A DNA stretch of 64,000 nt from Bacillota bacterium (GTDB taxonomy: Bacteria; Bacillota; Clostridia; Peptostreptococcales; Anaerovoracaceae): positions 48,433 through 112,432 of the forward strand of contig DAITKX010000002.1 of assembly GCA_036835995.1 (NCBI GenBank), in the 5' to 3' direction. Shown here in pieces: positions 30,545 through 40,912 of this stretch. Both the position numbers and the translations under genes were made by a program. The stretch's first letter is position 1, and every line of letters begins with the position of its first letter. The notes beneath the pieces are model-generated. The model was not told the origin of the DNA. It worked only from the letters and a program-made list of their open reading frames with translations, and did no database searches.

Positions 30545-31642
30545 TTATTTAAATACGATCCTCACATTCGGTGAATTGGTGGCGTATACGATGGTGGCGT
30601 AGCAGAGGTCGAATTCAACGATGTCGCCCACCTTGTACTCCTTTTCCGCGTTCTCGATGTCCAGGATCAGATGGTCGCTGCTGGCGCCCAGCACCTCAAT
30701 GCCCTTGTCCCTGGGATAGATCATATCGGGGAAGGCGACGTCCACCTTGCCCAGGGCGAGGAGCGCCCGTCTGCGGATTCCGCGGTCCACATAGATGCCC
30801 ACATTTCCGAAGGCGTCAAAGGACAGCTGCCCTACGGGATAGCTGGGTTTGTCTTTTACCTCGATGACCTGTGCCTTTAACGTAAAGGCGTCTTGATACA
30901 TGAAGCTCATGTCCAGATGGAAAAGGTCCTTCAGGTCTTTGGCGAGGATGATGCCTTCGCCCATCCGAAGGTTGTTGATCCTTTCCGGCATGGTATTGTC
31001 GAGCACCATGGGAAACGAGGTGGTGGCACCGCCGGAGATGATATCCAGCTTTCGGCCGATGGCCTCTTCGATCATTTCCGCATTGGCGATCAGTTCGTTC
31101 ATCTTTTCCGGGGTGGCCAGAATGGAGCCGTAGCAGCCCAGGTTTGTGCCGACGCCGGCAAGATACAAGCCGTCACATTCATTTTCCACCATCAGCGCCG
31201 CGTCGAAAAGCTCCTTTTTATCCCAGAATCCTTCCCGGAGGTCGCCCAGGTCGACCATGAGGATGACCTTATGGACCTTTCCCTGCTTCAGCGCTTCTTT
31301 GTTCAATGCTCTCAGCACTTCCACTTCGCTGTTAAGGCTGATATCGGTGATCCTCACCGCTTCTTCGACTTCGCTCAGCATGGGGACCCTGATCAGCATA
31401 TAGGGCACTTTGATGCCGTAATCGATACAGCCCTGGATCTGTTCAAGGCGGGATGAACCGATAAAGTCGACTCCCGCTTCCGCAAATTGCTTTGCCCCTT
31501 CCGGAAGGCCTGTAAAGCCCTTGATGACTCCGGTAAGTCCGATTCCCAGTTTGCCGCAGCGCTCTACGGCTTGATCGATATTATTTCTAAACTTCTTCAG
31601 ATCCAGCTCCACCAGCGGGTATCTCACTTCAGAATTGCTCAT
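30545..31642 (-). CDS. PLP-dependent alanine/ornithine racemase family enzyme (Orr-like)
   Basis: GVIKG, SSRL, DLGDLREG, GVGTNLGCYG, SGGATTS, LRMGE, GASSDH. Confidence 0.85.
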   Translation of the reverse strand: MSNSEVRYPLVELDLKKFRNNIDQAVERCGKLGIGLTGVIKGFTGLPEGAKQFAEAGVDFIGSSRLEQIQGCIDYGIKVPYMLIRVPMLSEVEEAVRITDISLNSEVEVLRALNKEALKQGKVHKVILMVDLGDLREGFWDKKELFDAALMVENECDGLYLAGVGTNLGCYGSILATPEKMNELIANAEMIEEAIGRKLDIISGGATTSFPMVLDNTMPERINNLRMGEGIILAKDLKDLFHLDMSFMYQDAFTLKAQVIEVKDKPSYPVGQLSFDAFGNVGIYVDRGIRRRALLALGKVDVAFPDMIYPRDKGIEVLGASSDHLILDIENAEKEYKVGDIVEFDLCYATIVYATNSPNVRIVFK

Positions 31643-31654
31643 TTGTTTTGCCTC

Positions 31655-33460
31655 CTAAATCCTTTTATTGGAATCGACAAACCGTTTGATCTTCTTTCCG
31701 GTCGTCTTTTCAAACTCTTCTTTGCGGATGTCTATCTTTCTGATCCGCTTGAACAGGGGAAGCTGAGTGTTCAGAACGTCGATCTCCTTCCAGATCAGCG
31801 CGGCCACGTCCTCGTCGGTGTAATTTCCCCCCAGAGCGTCCCGGACCTCATCATAATCCGCCCGGATGCTTGCGAAAATCAGGGTCTCGCCGCTTTCCTC
31901 ACTGTGCTTGCCCCATACGAGGCTCTCCTCCACGTAAGGAATCCTGCCGAGGTAATTTTCAATTTCCTCCGGATATACGTTCTTGCCGTTCTTCGTGATG
32001 ATCACGTTTTTAATTCTTCCGGTGATATGAACATAGCGCTCTTCATCCAGATATCCCAGATCCCCCGTATGGAACCAGCCGTCCTTCAGCACTTCCGCGG
32101 TGGCCTCCGGGTCATTGTAATATCCCAGCATGATATTGCCGCCTTTGGCGCAGATTTCCCCGATGCCCTCCTCGTTGGGATTGTCGATTTTCAGATCGAA
32201 TCCCGGAGGCGGATAGCCCGCCGCGTCGTTTTTCGGGTACTTATCCGGGTTCAGGGCGCAGATGGGGGCGCATTCGGTCAGTCCGTAGCCCTGCAGCGCA
32301 TTGATGCCGAAATCCCGAAGCCCCTGCAATACCTCGGGATCGATGGCCGCTCCGCCGCAGATCATGGTTTTCATTCTCCCGCCAAACAGAGCCTGAACCG
32401 GCTTGAAGAATACCGGAGCCAGGTCGATCCCGATCTTCTTCGTCTTTCTGTTGATCGCGATGAGCTTCTTCAGCGTTCCCGCTTTTCCGGATTTTTTCGC
32501 GTTCTGCCAGATTTTTTTATACAGGCTCTCAAAGATCAGCGGCACCCCCAGGAAGAAGGTGGGCCTGGCCTCCGACAGATTTTTTACGATATATTTCAAG
32601 CCTTCGCAATACGCTATGGAAGCCCCCCGATACAGGGGTTCGAGAAAGCCGCAGGTGCACTCGTATGTATGGTGGAGCGGGAGCACTGAGAAAAACACGT
32701 CCTCCGGCAGCACCTGAAGCAGCGTCGGCGACGCCATCACGTCTTCTACGATATTTCCGTGGGAGAGCATAACGCCCTTCGCGATCCCCGTGGTCCCGGA
32801 GGTGAAAAGCAGAATGCTCATGGCGTCCCGCTGGATCTGCGCGTCCAGGAACTCCCTGTTTCCATTTTCCATCAGGACCCTGCCGGCCTCTGTGATTTCC
32901 CGCAGGGACAGCCGTTTTTCATCGCTGATCTCCGCATCCATGCTGATCAGAAATTGAAGTTTTGTTTCTCCGCGTTCCTTCATATCCTGAAAGAACGCCT
33001 CATATTTTTTGCTGTAAATGACGCTCTCGACGTCCGCCTCCTTGATGAGCTGTTCCAGTTCAGATTCTCCGAGCTCCTTATCCAGCGGCACTACGATGCC
33101 GGTTCCGCAGAGGATCGCCAGATAGGATATGGCCCATTCATACCGGTTATCTCCGATAACGGCGACGCTCTTTCCCTTCAGGCCTATGGAGATCAGCGCG
33201 GTGCCCAGGGCGTCCATATCATCCTTCATCGTCACGTAAGTGATCCCCCGGTAGGGTCCTCCTGTTTTATCCTTCACATGGAAAGCGATATTGCCGCCGT
33301 ACAGTTCAGCGCTGGATTCTATCATCTGCTTCACATCGGTAACCGGTCTGATATCGCGGTACATGACAAACTTATCCTTGCTGTTTCGGATATCCTCTAC
33401 CCTTTTTCGGGCGTATTCCATCTCCCTTTCCTTGACTGCTTTATATTGGTCGACGTCCAT
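31655..33460 (-). CDS. Long-chain acyl-CoA synthetase / AMP-binding protein
   Basis: FTSGTTGIAKG, QGYGLTE, GWFHTGDLG. Confidence 0.92.
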   Translation of the reverse strand: MDVDQYKAVKEREMEYARKRVEDIRNSKDKFVMYRDIRPVTDVKQMIESSAELYGGNIAFHVKDKTGGPYRGITYVTMKDDMDALGTALISIGLKGKSVAVIGDNRYEWAISYLAILCGTGIVVPLDKELGESELEQLIKEADVESVIYSKKYEAFFQDMKERGETKLQFLISMDAEISDEKRLSLREITEAGRVLMENGNREFLDAQIQRDAMSILLFTSGTTGIAKGVMLSHGNIVEDVMASPTLLQVLPEDVFFSVLPLHHTYECTCGFLEPLYRGASIAYCEGLKYIVKNLSEARPTFFLGVPLIFESLYKKIWQNAKKSGKAGTLKKLIAINRKTKKIGIDLAPVFFKPVQALFGGRMKTMICGGAAIDPEVLQGLRDFGINALQGYGLTECAPICALNPDKYPKNDAAGYPPPGFDLKIDNPNEEGIGEICAKGGNIMLGYYNDPEATAEVLKDGWFHTGDLGYLDEERYVHITGRIKNVIITKNGKNVYPEEIENYLGRIPYVEESLVWGKHSEESGETLIFASIRADYDEVRDALGGNYTDEDVAALIWKEIDVLNTQLPLFKRIRKIDIRKEEFEKTTGKKIKRFVDSNKRI

Positions 33461-33495
33461 CTTCTTTCCTCCTGTTTTTTCTTTTCCTCTAATAT

Positions 33496-35217
33496 TTAAA
33501 TGCGCTTCGAAGCATATCTTTTGATCTTTTTCGTGGTGGTTTTTTCAAACTCCTCCTGGCGAATTTCAAACCTCCTTACCCTCTTGTAGAGCGGCATATG
33601 CTCGTTGGCTTCGTCAATTTCCCTTTTCAGCAGCTTGCGCAGCTCATCCTCCCCGATCCTGCCGAACTTCTCCTCGATGGCAGGATAGTCCGGGAAGATT
33701 TCCGCCTGCACGATGGTGTCTCCCGATTTTTCGTCGTCTATGCCCCATACGACAACCTCGCTGATATATTCGCTTTTATTTAAATAGAATTCTACTTCTT
33801 CCGGAAAGATATTTTTGCCGTTTTTGGTCACGATGACATTCTTTTTTCTGCCTGAAATGTAAAGGAAGCCGTCCCGGTCGAAATACCCGTAGTCCCCGGT
33901 GTGGAGCCAGCCGTCCACAAGGACTTTGGCCGTCTCTTCCGGGTTGTTGTAATAGCCGATCATGACCGAATCACCTCTGCAGATGATCTCGCCGATCCCG
34001 TTTTCATCCTGATCGATGAGCTTTACTTCCGTGCCCGGCATCGGCAGGCCGACGGAAGCAGGCTTATAATACCGGTCTTTGTTCACGGCGATAATAGGCG
34101 CGTTTTCCGTCATGCCGTAGCCCTGAAACATGGTGAAGCCCATGGCGTTGAAATCCTCAATCACGGTGGGATCGATGGCCGCGGCGCCGGAAATAAACAT
34201 CTGCATGTGCCCTCCCATAGCCTGATGCACCGATTTGAACAGCTTCTTGATGGACTTGATGTTAAACTTCTCAAGTGTTTTGGCAAGCTGGACCGCAGTC
34301 CGCATCTTATCCGCTTTTCCGCTGGCCTCGGCCTGCTTCCATACTTTTTTATGCATGGACTCAAAGATCAGCGGCACGCCGAGCATGACGGTGGCCTGAG
34401 CCTCCGCCATATTCTTCACGATATATTTCAGCCCCTCGCAGATAGCGATGCAGCAACCCTGATAGATGCAGGTGAATATGTGGCAGGTAAGCTCGTAGGT
34501 GTGATGCATCGGCAGCACGGAAAGGCCGGTACAGTTGTTGGAAACATCCACATATTTGGACATGTTGTACACGTTGGCCGAGATATTTTTATGAGACAGC
34601 ATGACTCCCTTTGCAAGTCCCGTGGTACCCGAAGTAAAGAGCAGAGAGCACATCGCCTCCCGGTCGATTTCCGCATCGATAAAATAGCGCTTTTCCTCCA
34701 GCAGCAGCCGCTTTCCGGTCCGCTGAAGCCTTCTCATCGAAAGCTGGGACTCCGTATGGTCGGGAGCGTCCATGCTGATCACATATTCAATGCTTCCCAC
34801 CCCCTTGACCGCTTCCTCCACGACGGAACGGACCTTGCTGGAATATACGATAGCGCTGACTTCCGCGCGTTCCATCAGATTGTGGATTTCCTCGGCAGGG
34901 AGCTCTCTGTCCAGAGGTACGATGACGCCGGCTCCGTTTGTTACGGCGAGGTAAGTGACCACCCACTCGTAGCGGTTTTCTCCGATCACCGCGATTTTTT
35001 TTCCGGTCAGGCCCAAATCCATAAGGGCTGTTCCGAGCTCGTCGATGTCCGTCTTCAGCCGGCTGAATTTGACGGGTACATAGGGGCCGCCCGGCGCGTT
35101 TTTCACGAGAAAGGCATTTTTGTCCGCAAAGAGCGCGGCGCTGGTATCTATCATGGCCTTCAGGTCGCTGATGGGCCTGTGGACGTATTCTTCATCTTTA
35201 AATCTGGAGCTGTTCAT
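33496..35217 (-). CDS. Long-chain acyl-CoA synthetase / AMP-binding protein (tandem paralogue)
   Basis: FTSGTTGLAKG, QGYGMTE, GWLHTGDYG. Confidence 0.92.
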   Translation of the reverse strand: MNSSRFKDEEYVHRPISDLKAMIDTSAALFADKNAFLVKNAPGGPYVPVKFSRLKTDIDELGTALMDLGLTGKKIAVIGENRYEWVVTYLAVTNGAGVIVPLDRELPAEEIHNLMERAEVSAIVYSSKVRSVVEEAVKGVGSIEYVISMDAPDHTESQLSMRRLQRTGKRLLLEEKRYFIDAEIDREAMCSLLFTSGTTGLAKGVMLSHKNISANVYNMSKYVDVSNNCTGLSVLPMHHTYELTCHIFTCIYQGCCIAICEGLKYIVKNMAEAQATVMLGVPLIFESMHKKVWKQAEASGKADKMRTAVQLAKTLEKFNIKSIKKLFKSVHQAMGGHMQMFISGAAAIDPTVIEDFNAMGFTMFQGYGMTENAPIIAVNKDRYYKPASVGLPMPGTEVKLIDQDENGIGEIICRGDSVMIGYYNNPEETAKVLVDGWLHTGDYGYFDRDGFLYISGRKKNVIVTKNGKNIFPEEVEFYLNKSEYISEVVVWGIDDEKSGDTIVQAEIFPDYPAIEEKFGRIGEDELRKLLKREIDEANEHMPLYKRVRRFEIRQEEFEKTTTKKIKRYASKRI

Positions 35218-35275
35218 TTATTTCCCCTCCACTTCCTAGATAAATTATTTTATCATTTCACGGCAGCAGAATCAA

Positions 35276-36310
35276 TCAAGTATTCACCATCAGCCGGATC
35301 AGATCGCTGAAAATCCCGTATCCGGTCTGCTGGATTTCCGGGTCGTGCTCCACGACGGAAACGGTTCCCATGAGGTCGGTGGTGATGGAAACGACGGAGG
35401 ATGTCCCGGTTATGGTCGCCAAAAGCTCGTCTCTGCCGATTTCTTCCGGCCCGACCTTCCCGGCCACCTTTCCGTTATTATCCCTGGTCCCCCTGCAGAG
35501 GAGCTTGATCACCTTTCCTCTCGACGCCGCATCGCGGATCTGTTCCGCCGTAACGTCTCCAATGCCCTGGCGCTGGATCTGGTCGGGTGTGATGCCGGCC
35601 CCCATCAGTACGTTGAGCAGCGCCGCGGTTTTTGCCGCCGCGTCCCAGCCATCCACATCCAGAGAAGGATCCGCTTCCACAAAACCCTTCGCCTGCCCTT
35701 CCGCGATCACCTCGCCGTAATCCCTGCCCTTTGCCAGCTCTTCCAGGATGAAATTTGTCGTAGAGTTCAGGATCCCCTTTACTTCGTTCACCCTGCAAAG
35801 GCGCAGGTTCTCTTCCACCAGATTGAAAACCGGAGTTCCGTCCATTACAGTGGTTTCATAATAGAACCGGACTCCGTTTTCCTCCGCCATGCTGCGCAGG
35901 TTCTCGAAAGCCCATGCGATGGGGCCCTTGTTGGCGGTGATCGCATGCTTTTTGCGGCTTAACGCCGCAGTAATATGACTGATCGCCGGCTGGCCTGAAA
36001 AAATCGCCAGTGGGGTCAGTTCCACGAGTACATCATAGTCAACTTGTTCCGCGATCTCCATAGCGCTGAGTCCGCTATATTCAGGGCTATCCGTCTGAAA
36101 GCGCCCTGCGCTCTCCATATCCGACAGCGCTTGCCTCAAATCGACGCCCGCTTCATTTACGAGGCTTCCTCGGCTTCCGGTAGCGATGGCGACGACCTCG
36201 ACGCCGCAGCCATAGGTTTCCCTGATCTCTTCCTGCTTATCCAGCAGCAATCCTGCAAACGCCCGCCCGGCGTTGCCGAACCCGAGCATTGCGATTTTCA
36301 ATTCTCTCAT
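35276..36310 (-). CDS. hom: Homoserine dehydrogenase (short form, no ACT domain)
   Basis: GFGNAG, TANKGP, GILNSTTNFIL, EADPSLDVDGWDAAAK. Confidence 0.88.
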   Translation of the reverse strand: MRELKIAMLGFGNAGRAFAGLLLDKQEEIRETYGCGVEVVAIATGSRGSLVNEAGVDLRQALSDMESAGRFQTDSPEYSGLSAMEIAEQVDYDVLVELTPLAIFSGQPAISHITAALSRKKHAITANKGPIAWAFENLRSMAEENGVRFYYETTVMDGTPVFNLVEENLRLCRVNEVKGILNSTTNFILEELAKGRDYGEVIAEGQAKGFVEADPSLDVDGWDAAAKTAALLNVLMGAGITPDQIQRQGIGDVTAEQIRDAASRGKVIKLLCRGTRDNNGKVAGKVGPEEIGRDELLATITGTSSVVSITTDLMGTVSVVEHDPEIQQTGYGIFSDLIRLMVNT

Positions 36311-36380
36311 GTTTAAGTCCTTTCCTTTTACAACCTTCCAACCTGGTATCCTGTCAGCTCAGACCGATGGATCCTGTCCA

Positions 36381-36409
36381 AAAAGGCCCCGCGAAATGCG
36401 GAGCCTTTT
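36381..36409 (-). terminator. Terminator after APC permease
   Basis: AAAAGGCcCCGC / GCGGaGCCTTTT. Confidence 0.65.
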
Positions 36410-36426
36410 CATTTTCCTTTTTTCTC

Positions 36427-37776
36427 CTATAATTTAACGTCTTCATAGGCATGTCTGCCGTAAAGGATACCGCCGCCGATGGCGATGAGGCAGATGATAA
36501 CGAAGATGATGAACTGCGGGTTTGTAAGTCCGCCCAGCAGCACGAACAGCGAGCCCAGCGTCGCAAACACCGGAAAGACGACTCCGTACCAGACGCCCTT
36601 TACCTTGCCCTGCCTCCAGAGTTTAAAGACCTGATAGTAAAGGATGATATAGAGCACATAGCTCATGGCGATAGCGATTTCCGAGATATCCCCGTTCGTC
36701 AGGAGGCTGTATTTGTTCTGCAGGTAGTGGATCACCCACCAGATGCAGCTGATAACGATGGCAAAGAGGGCTGAATTCACAGGCATATTGAGCTTCGTGT
36801 TGATCTTTCTCAGGGAAGCGGAGAACGGGATAGCGTTTCTCAGCGCCAGAGAATAGGGCAGACGAATGTATCCGAGAATGATCCCGTTTGCGGTGCCCAT
36901 TACGGAAATGGTCACAAAGACAAAGACGATTCCTGCAAACGCGGGGCCGAAAAGGCCTGTTGCCGCCGCCGCGACGGACGCGTCTCCGAGCTCTCTGACC
37001 TTGTCTGCTCCGAGGTAGCCCGTGATTCCCAGAAAATACATCAGATATGCCGCGAGGACGAACAGCGGAGCCAGCACCAGCGCCAGCGGCACGTTTCTCC
37101 TTGAATTTCTGACCTCATGGGCGACTGCCATGGAGATGACCCAGCCGTCAAAGGAAAAGGCGACGGGTCCGATGGCCGCGGTCCAGCCCAGCGTCTTTAC
37201 CGCTGTAATGGCTTCCGGGGAAGGATGCTGGATCGCTGAGATAGGATCTCCGAAGATAAGCCCTGCCAAAGCAATGGCAAAAAGCGGGATCAGCTTGATG
37301 ATCATCGTTGCCTCCTGGAACCGGCCGCCGACCTTTGCAGATAACATATTATAAAGGAAACAGATGATAAACCAGATAATTCCGATTCCAAACTGGCCTG
37401 TAAAGGTCAGATCCCAGCCCATGGTAAGGCCGGTGTAAACGCCGACAACCCAGCAGAGGATAACCGTCAGCGTCGGATAGTAAATGAAAACCTGAAACCA
37501 GCCAAACATGCTGGCAGCCCGTTTGCCGATGAACTCATTGGCATAGGTGATCAATCCGCCGGGCTTGTCCGTCAATGCGGCCAGCTGACTGAAGGTCAGA
37601 CACCCGAATATGATGGTGAATGCCGCAATGCAGAATACCAGTATGGCCAGTCCCACATTTCCGCCGGCATATCCCAGCATATTGTCGGATTTGAAGAAAA
37701 TACCGGAACCGATAACGATTCCCACAATCATTGCGATTGTCGTGAACAGGCCGTATTCACGCCTTTGTTCCTCCAT
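36427..37776 (-). CDS. APC family amino acid permease (LAT-like)
   Basis: VGIVIGSGIF, FSFDGW, about 12 TM segments. Start at ATG 37776. Confidence 0.9.
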   Translation of the reverse strand: MEEQRREYGLFTTIAMIVGIVIGSGIFFKSDNMLGYAGGNVGLAILVFCIAAFTIIFGCLTFSQLAALTDKPGGLITYANEFIGKRAASMFGWFQVFIYYPTLTVILCWVVGVYTGLTMGWDLTFTGQFGIGIIWFIICFLYNMLSAKVGGRFQEATMIIKLIPLFAIALAGLIFGDPISAIQHPSPEAITAVKTLGWTAAIGPVAFSFDGWVISMAVAHEVRNSRRNVPLALVLAPLFVLAAYLMYFLGITGYLGADKVRELGDASVAAAATGLFGPAFAGIVFVFVTISVMGTANGIILGYIRLPYSLALRNAIPFSASLRKINTKLNMPVNSALFAIVISCIWWVIHYLQNKYSLLTNGDISEIAIAMSYVLYIILYYQVFKLWRQGKVKGVWYGVVFPVFATLGSLFVLLGGLTNPQFIIFVIICLIAIGGGILYGRHAYEDVKL

Positions 37777-37818
37777 AAAATTGTACACTCCTTTAAAATA
37801 AAAATTTAAAAAATTGCT

Positions 37819-38754
37819 TTAGGAAATGGCCACCGGCTTTTTTCTGTCCGGCAGCTGTGAAATGATGATCGCACCGAACATCAGGATGCAGCCTGCAAGC
37901 TCTCTGGCGCTCATTATTTCTTTCAGGATAAGGAAGCCGAAAATCGCGCCGAATACCGACTCCAGGCTCATGATCAGGGACGCCACCGTCGGATCGGTAT
38001 GCTTTTGGCCGAGGATCTGGAAGGTGTAACCGGCTCCGCCGGACAGGATACCGGCATAAAGGATCGGAACCGCACAGCTTATGAGAGCCGAAATCGTTAC
38101 CTTTTCAAAGATCAGCGCGCCGATGAAGCTTACCACCATAACGACGACAAACTGATACAAGGACATCCTGACCGGATTCGATACCTTTGGCAGAAAATGA
38201 TCGATCACCAGAATATGGGCCGCCCAGAAGCCGGCTCCGATCAATACGATCAGGTCTCCCGGAGCAATGGAAAAGGAACTGGTAATGCACAAAAAATACA
38301 GCCCCACCGTTCCCAGGGCCACACCGATCCAGCATTTCAATCCGGGTCTTTGCTTCAGAGCGATGCTGAAAACCGGCACCAAAACAATGTACAGGGCTGT
38401 AATAAAGCCGGTCTTTCCCGCGGAGGTAGAAACCAGGCCAATTTGCTGAAGAGCCGTCGCCACGGACAGCACGCAGCCGCATACGATGCCCGCCTTGAGA
38501 AGCGTCCGTTTTTGGCGCTTTTCTTCTTCCGGCGAGGGCTTCTCCGCACCGCTGTTCTCCAATTCCTTTTTTGACGACCGGTCCATGAGGCGCACCACCG
38601 GGATCAGGACCAGAACAGACAGGGTAAATCTCGAACAGGTAAATGTCAGGGGGCCCACATAATCCATTCCGGCTCTTTGCGCGGTAAAAGCCAGACCCCA
38701 GATAAGAGCGGCAGTTAATAATAAAAGATTTCCTTTAAGACGTTTGCTGTCCAA
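37819..38754 (-). CDS. DMT/EamA family transporter
   Basis: ALIWGLAFTAQ, GFITALYIVLVP, SLIMSLESVF. Confidence 0.9.
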   Translation of the reverse strand: MDSKRLKGNLLLLTAALIWGLAFTAQRAGMDYVGPLTFTCSRFTLSVLVLIPVVRLMDRSSKKELENSGAEKPSPEEEKRQKRTLLKAGIVCGCVLSVATALQQIGLVSTSAGKTGFITALYIVLVPVFSIALKQRPGLKCWIGVALGTVGLYFLCITSSFSIAPGDLIVLIGAGFWAAHILVIDHFLPKVSNPVRMSLYQFVVVMVVSFIGALIFEKVTISALISCAVPILYAGILSGGAGYTFQILGQKHTDPTVASLIMSLESVFGAIFGFLILKEIMSARELAGCILMFGAIIISQLPDRKKPVAIS

Positions 38755-38954
38755 ATTCTCACCTTCCTATCCATTAACAGTACTTATCAAGTATAGTGCA
38801 AATATCTGTCAAAAGCAACTGGTTTTAACGCCTCCCGCAGGGGAATCAATTTTATCAAATAAAGATTCAAAGCTGCACGAAAGACTGTAAAACTAAGTCG
38901 TACATCATAATCCGCATATCTTTTCGAAAGTGGAGAATTTAGAAAGCTTTTAGG

Positions 38955-39100
38955 GGATTGCACAATTTTTTCGATTTAGAACACTATGTTGACAGATTCT
39001 TGAATTTAGCACCGTTATAGCAGTATATCCCGGAATAAAATTCGCTAAGACAAACAATCCGGTAAAATAGCCGTCCTAAATCGAAAAATTTGTGCAGACC
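38955..39100. mobile_element. MITE-like element with 21-bp terminal inverted repeats
   Basis: TGCACAATTTTTTCGATTTAG (38959-38979) versus CTAAATCGAAAAATTTGTGCA (39076-39096): 1 mismatch, outer GG/CC, no internal ORF. Confidence 0.55.
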
Positions 39101-39152
39101 TTCCAGGGAGCAGCCAGGAGTAGAACTGTCCTCGGATGGCAGCGCAAATATT

Positions 39153-40238
39153 TTAGCAGTTCCCGGAGTCAGAATCGATCATGATATCATAGGCTTTACC
39201 CGTTTGAATATATCGGAACAGCTCTGCTTCGATGAATCCGGTATCCGGAGCCACCGGTTCCGGGATGATAGCGGCTTTCAGCTTTAAGCCAAGTTTTCCC
39301 GCGGGTTCGTCCGGGCTCATGATAAAACCGATTGAACCGGCTCTGCCGCTTTGGACCGGCTCCGAGTCCAGCCACGCCTTGCTGTAAAACTGTATGGAAA
39401 TATCTTCCTCGCACTCATACTCAACTACCGCATAGCACATTCCTTTTGGGCAGGTTTCAGAAAAATGCTCCTCGAACTCTGCTTTGTGCTCGGCAAGTTC
39501 CTCCGGGGTAAATTGCTCTTTCATCCGGGGGTCGTCAAAGTTCTTTTCCATCTCCTCCCACATATCGTAAAGAAAAACTCTGTCGATCTGCGCCCAATGC
39601 CGCTCTCCGCCTTCCTTGTCCGCAAAATACAGCTTGTCCGGGTATTCAACGCCGACGCGCAGGGTCACGGGCAGCTCCACCAGATGGGATGTGTGGGCCG
39701 GACTCATGGAAAAACGGATGGACGCTCCCCTGTCAAGGGCCGGAATGGCGTCATAGTCGCCCTCGAAGGCCAGATTCGTCAGATACATGGCGGCGATTTC
39801 CCTGGTGTCGATGCCCGCCGGATTCCAGCCATTTAAGAGGAATTGAACAAACAGCGCCGCCTTATCCCACTGAAGGCCGCCGCATATGCTGCCTCTGCTT
39901 CCGCCGGCTGTCAGCTCCAGATCGCCGATGCAAACTTTATTTACGTCATGAATCGACAGAACGGAGCTTACGGTTCTGTGGCCCCGCTGTTCGGCGCGGT
40001 TGGTGACCGATTCCTCGGTGAAATCCTCAGAGGACCCTGTCAGCATTGCGATTTCCGCCGCCTCCATCCTTTCCCGCTCCGCCTCGTTATATTCCAGGAT
40101 CAGCATTTCCAAAGTGTGATCTTCCCGGAGAACCATGCCCATGACGTGATAGATCACGCCGTCGATCTCCGCATTCCTGCCCATGACGGCGATTTCTTTG
40201 ATCTTTGCTATCTGGCGCTGTAACAATTTAAAGTTCAT
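39153..40238 (-). CDS. Hypothetical cytoplasmic protein downstream of the ECF sigma/anti-sigma pair
   Basis: 361-aa ORF with AGAGGAGG RBS and core-like codon usage; no recognisable motif. Confidence 0.75.
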   Translation of the reverse strand: MNFKLLQRQIAKIKEIAVMGRNAEIDGVIYHVMGMVLREDHTLEMLILEYNEAERERMEAAEIAMLTGSSEDFTEESVTNRAEQRGHRTVSSVLSIHDVNKVCIGDLELTAGGSRGSICGGLQWDKAALFVQFLLNGWNPAGIDTREIAAMYLTNLAFEGDYDAIPALDRGASIRFSMSPAHTSHLVELPVTLRVGVEYPDKLYFADKEGGERHWAQIDRVFLYDMWEEMEKNFDDPRMKEQFTPEELAEHKAEFEEHFSETCPKGMCYAVVEYECEEDISIQFYSKAWLDSEPVQSGRAGSIGFIMSPDEPAGKLGLKLKAAIIPEPVAPDTGFIEAELFRYIQTGKAYDIMIDSDSGNC

Positions 40239-40294
40239 AGAACCTCCTCTTTTGATTTTATCCCTGCTTCAGGCCTGATAACCCCTTCGGTATA

Positions 40295-40912
40295 TTATTG
40301 GAGCCCCAGTTTTTCCGCAATATCCTTCCAATAAAACTTTTCTGTTTTATCTCCATATTGTACCACGAAATAATCGTCTTGAGTAAAGGATATCCGCTCC
40401 CCTGCTTCATCTCTATAGTTCCTTCCATATGAGAATTTATTCGGCTCCTCCCCCCTGTCGTCTAAAACGCCGACGTAACACTGCGTGAACTTGATCCGCG
40501 GTACCGATTCATGGTAGCGTGACCAGCTGTTCAGGGCTTTCCGTCCGTCTTTTAATTCGAAATCGACGGTTATTACTTCGTCGTTTTTAGAATAAGACAC
40601 CGCGATATCATCAGACTGCACGCTCCAGCCAAAGGCGAATAGAAACAGATACGCCCCGGCGATGCAAACGCATGAAACTAAGGTGATCAACACCGCTTTC
40701 GCGACTTTTTTATTCAATTTTTTGAAGGGCTTTATGTCCTTTTTATTGACCTCAACGTCATCTGCCGCGATTTCCGATTTCATCCGTTCCAGGATTCCCC
40801 TGCATTCCGCGCAATCCTTGATATGGTTTTCAATTTCAAGATTGCTTTCCCCGCTGGTTAAGCCATCCACATAGCTAGGCAATAAATCCTTAATAATATC
40901 GCACTTCATCAC
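40295..40912 (-). CDS. Anti-sigma factor (zf-HC2 plus one TM)
   Basis: C.IIKDLLPSYVD..HIKDCAEC, TM helix, overlaps the sigma gene stop. Confidence 0.9.
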   Translation of the reverse strand: MMKCDIIKDLLPSYVDGLTSGESNLEIENHIKDCAECRGILERMKSEIAADDVEVNKKDIKPFKKLNKKVAKAVLITLVSCVCIAGAYLFLFAFGWSVQSDDIAVSYSKNDEVITVDFELKDGRKALNSWSRYHESVPRIKFTQCYVGVLDDRGEEPNKFSYGRNYRDEAGERISFTQDDYFVVQYGDKTEKFYWKDIAEKLGLQ

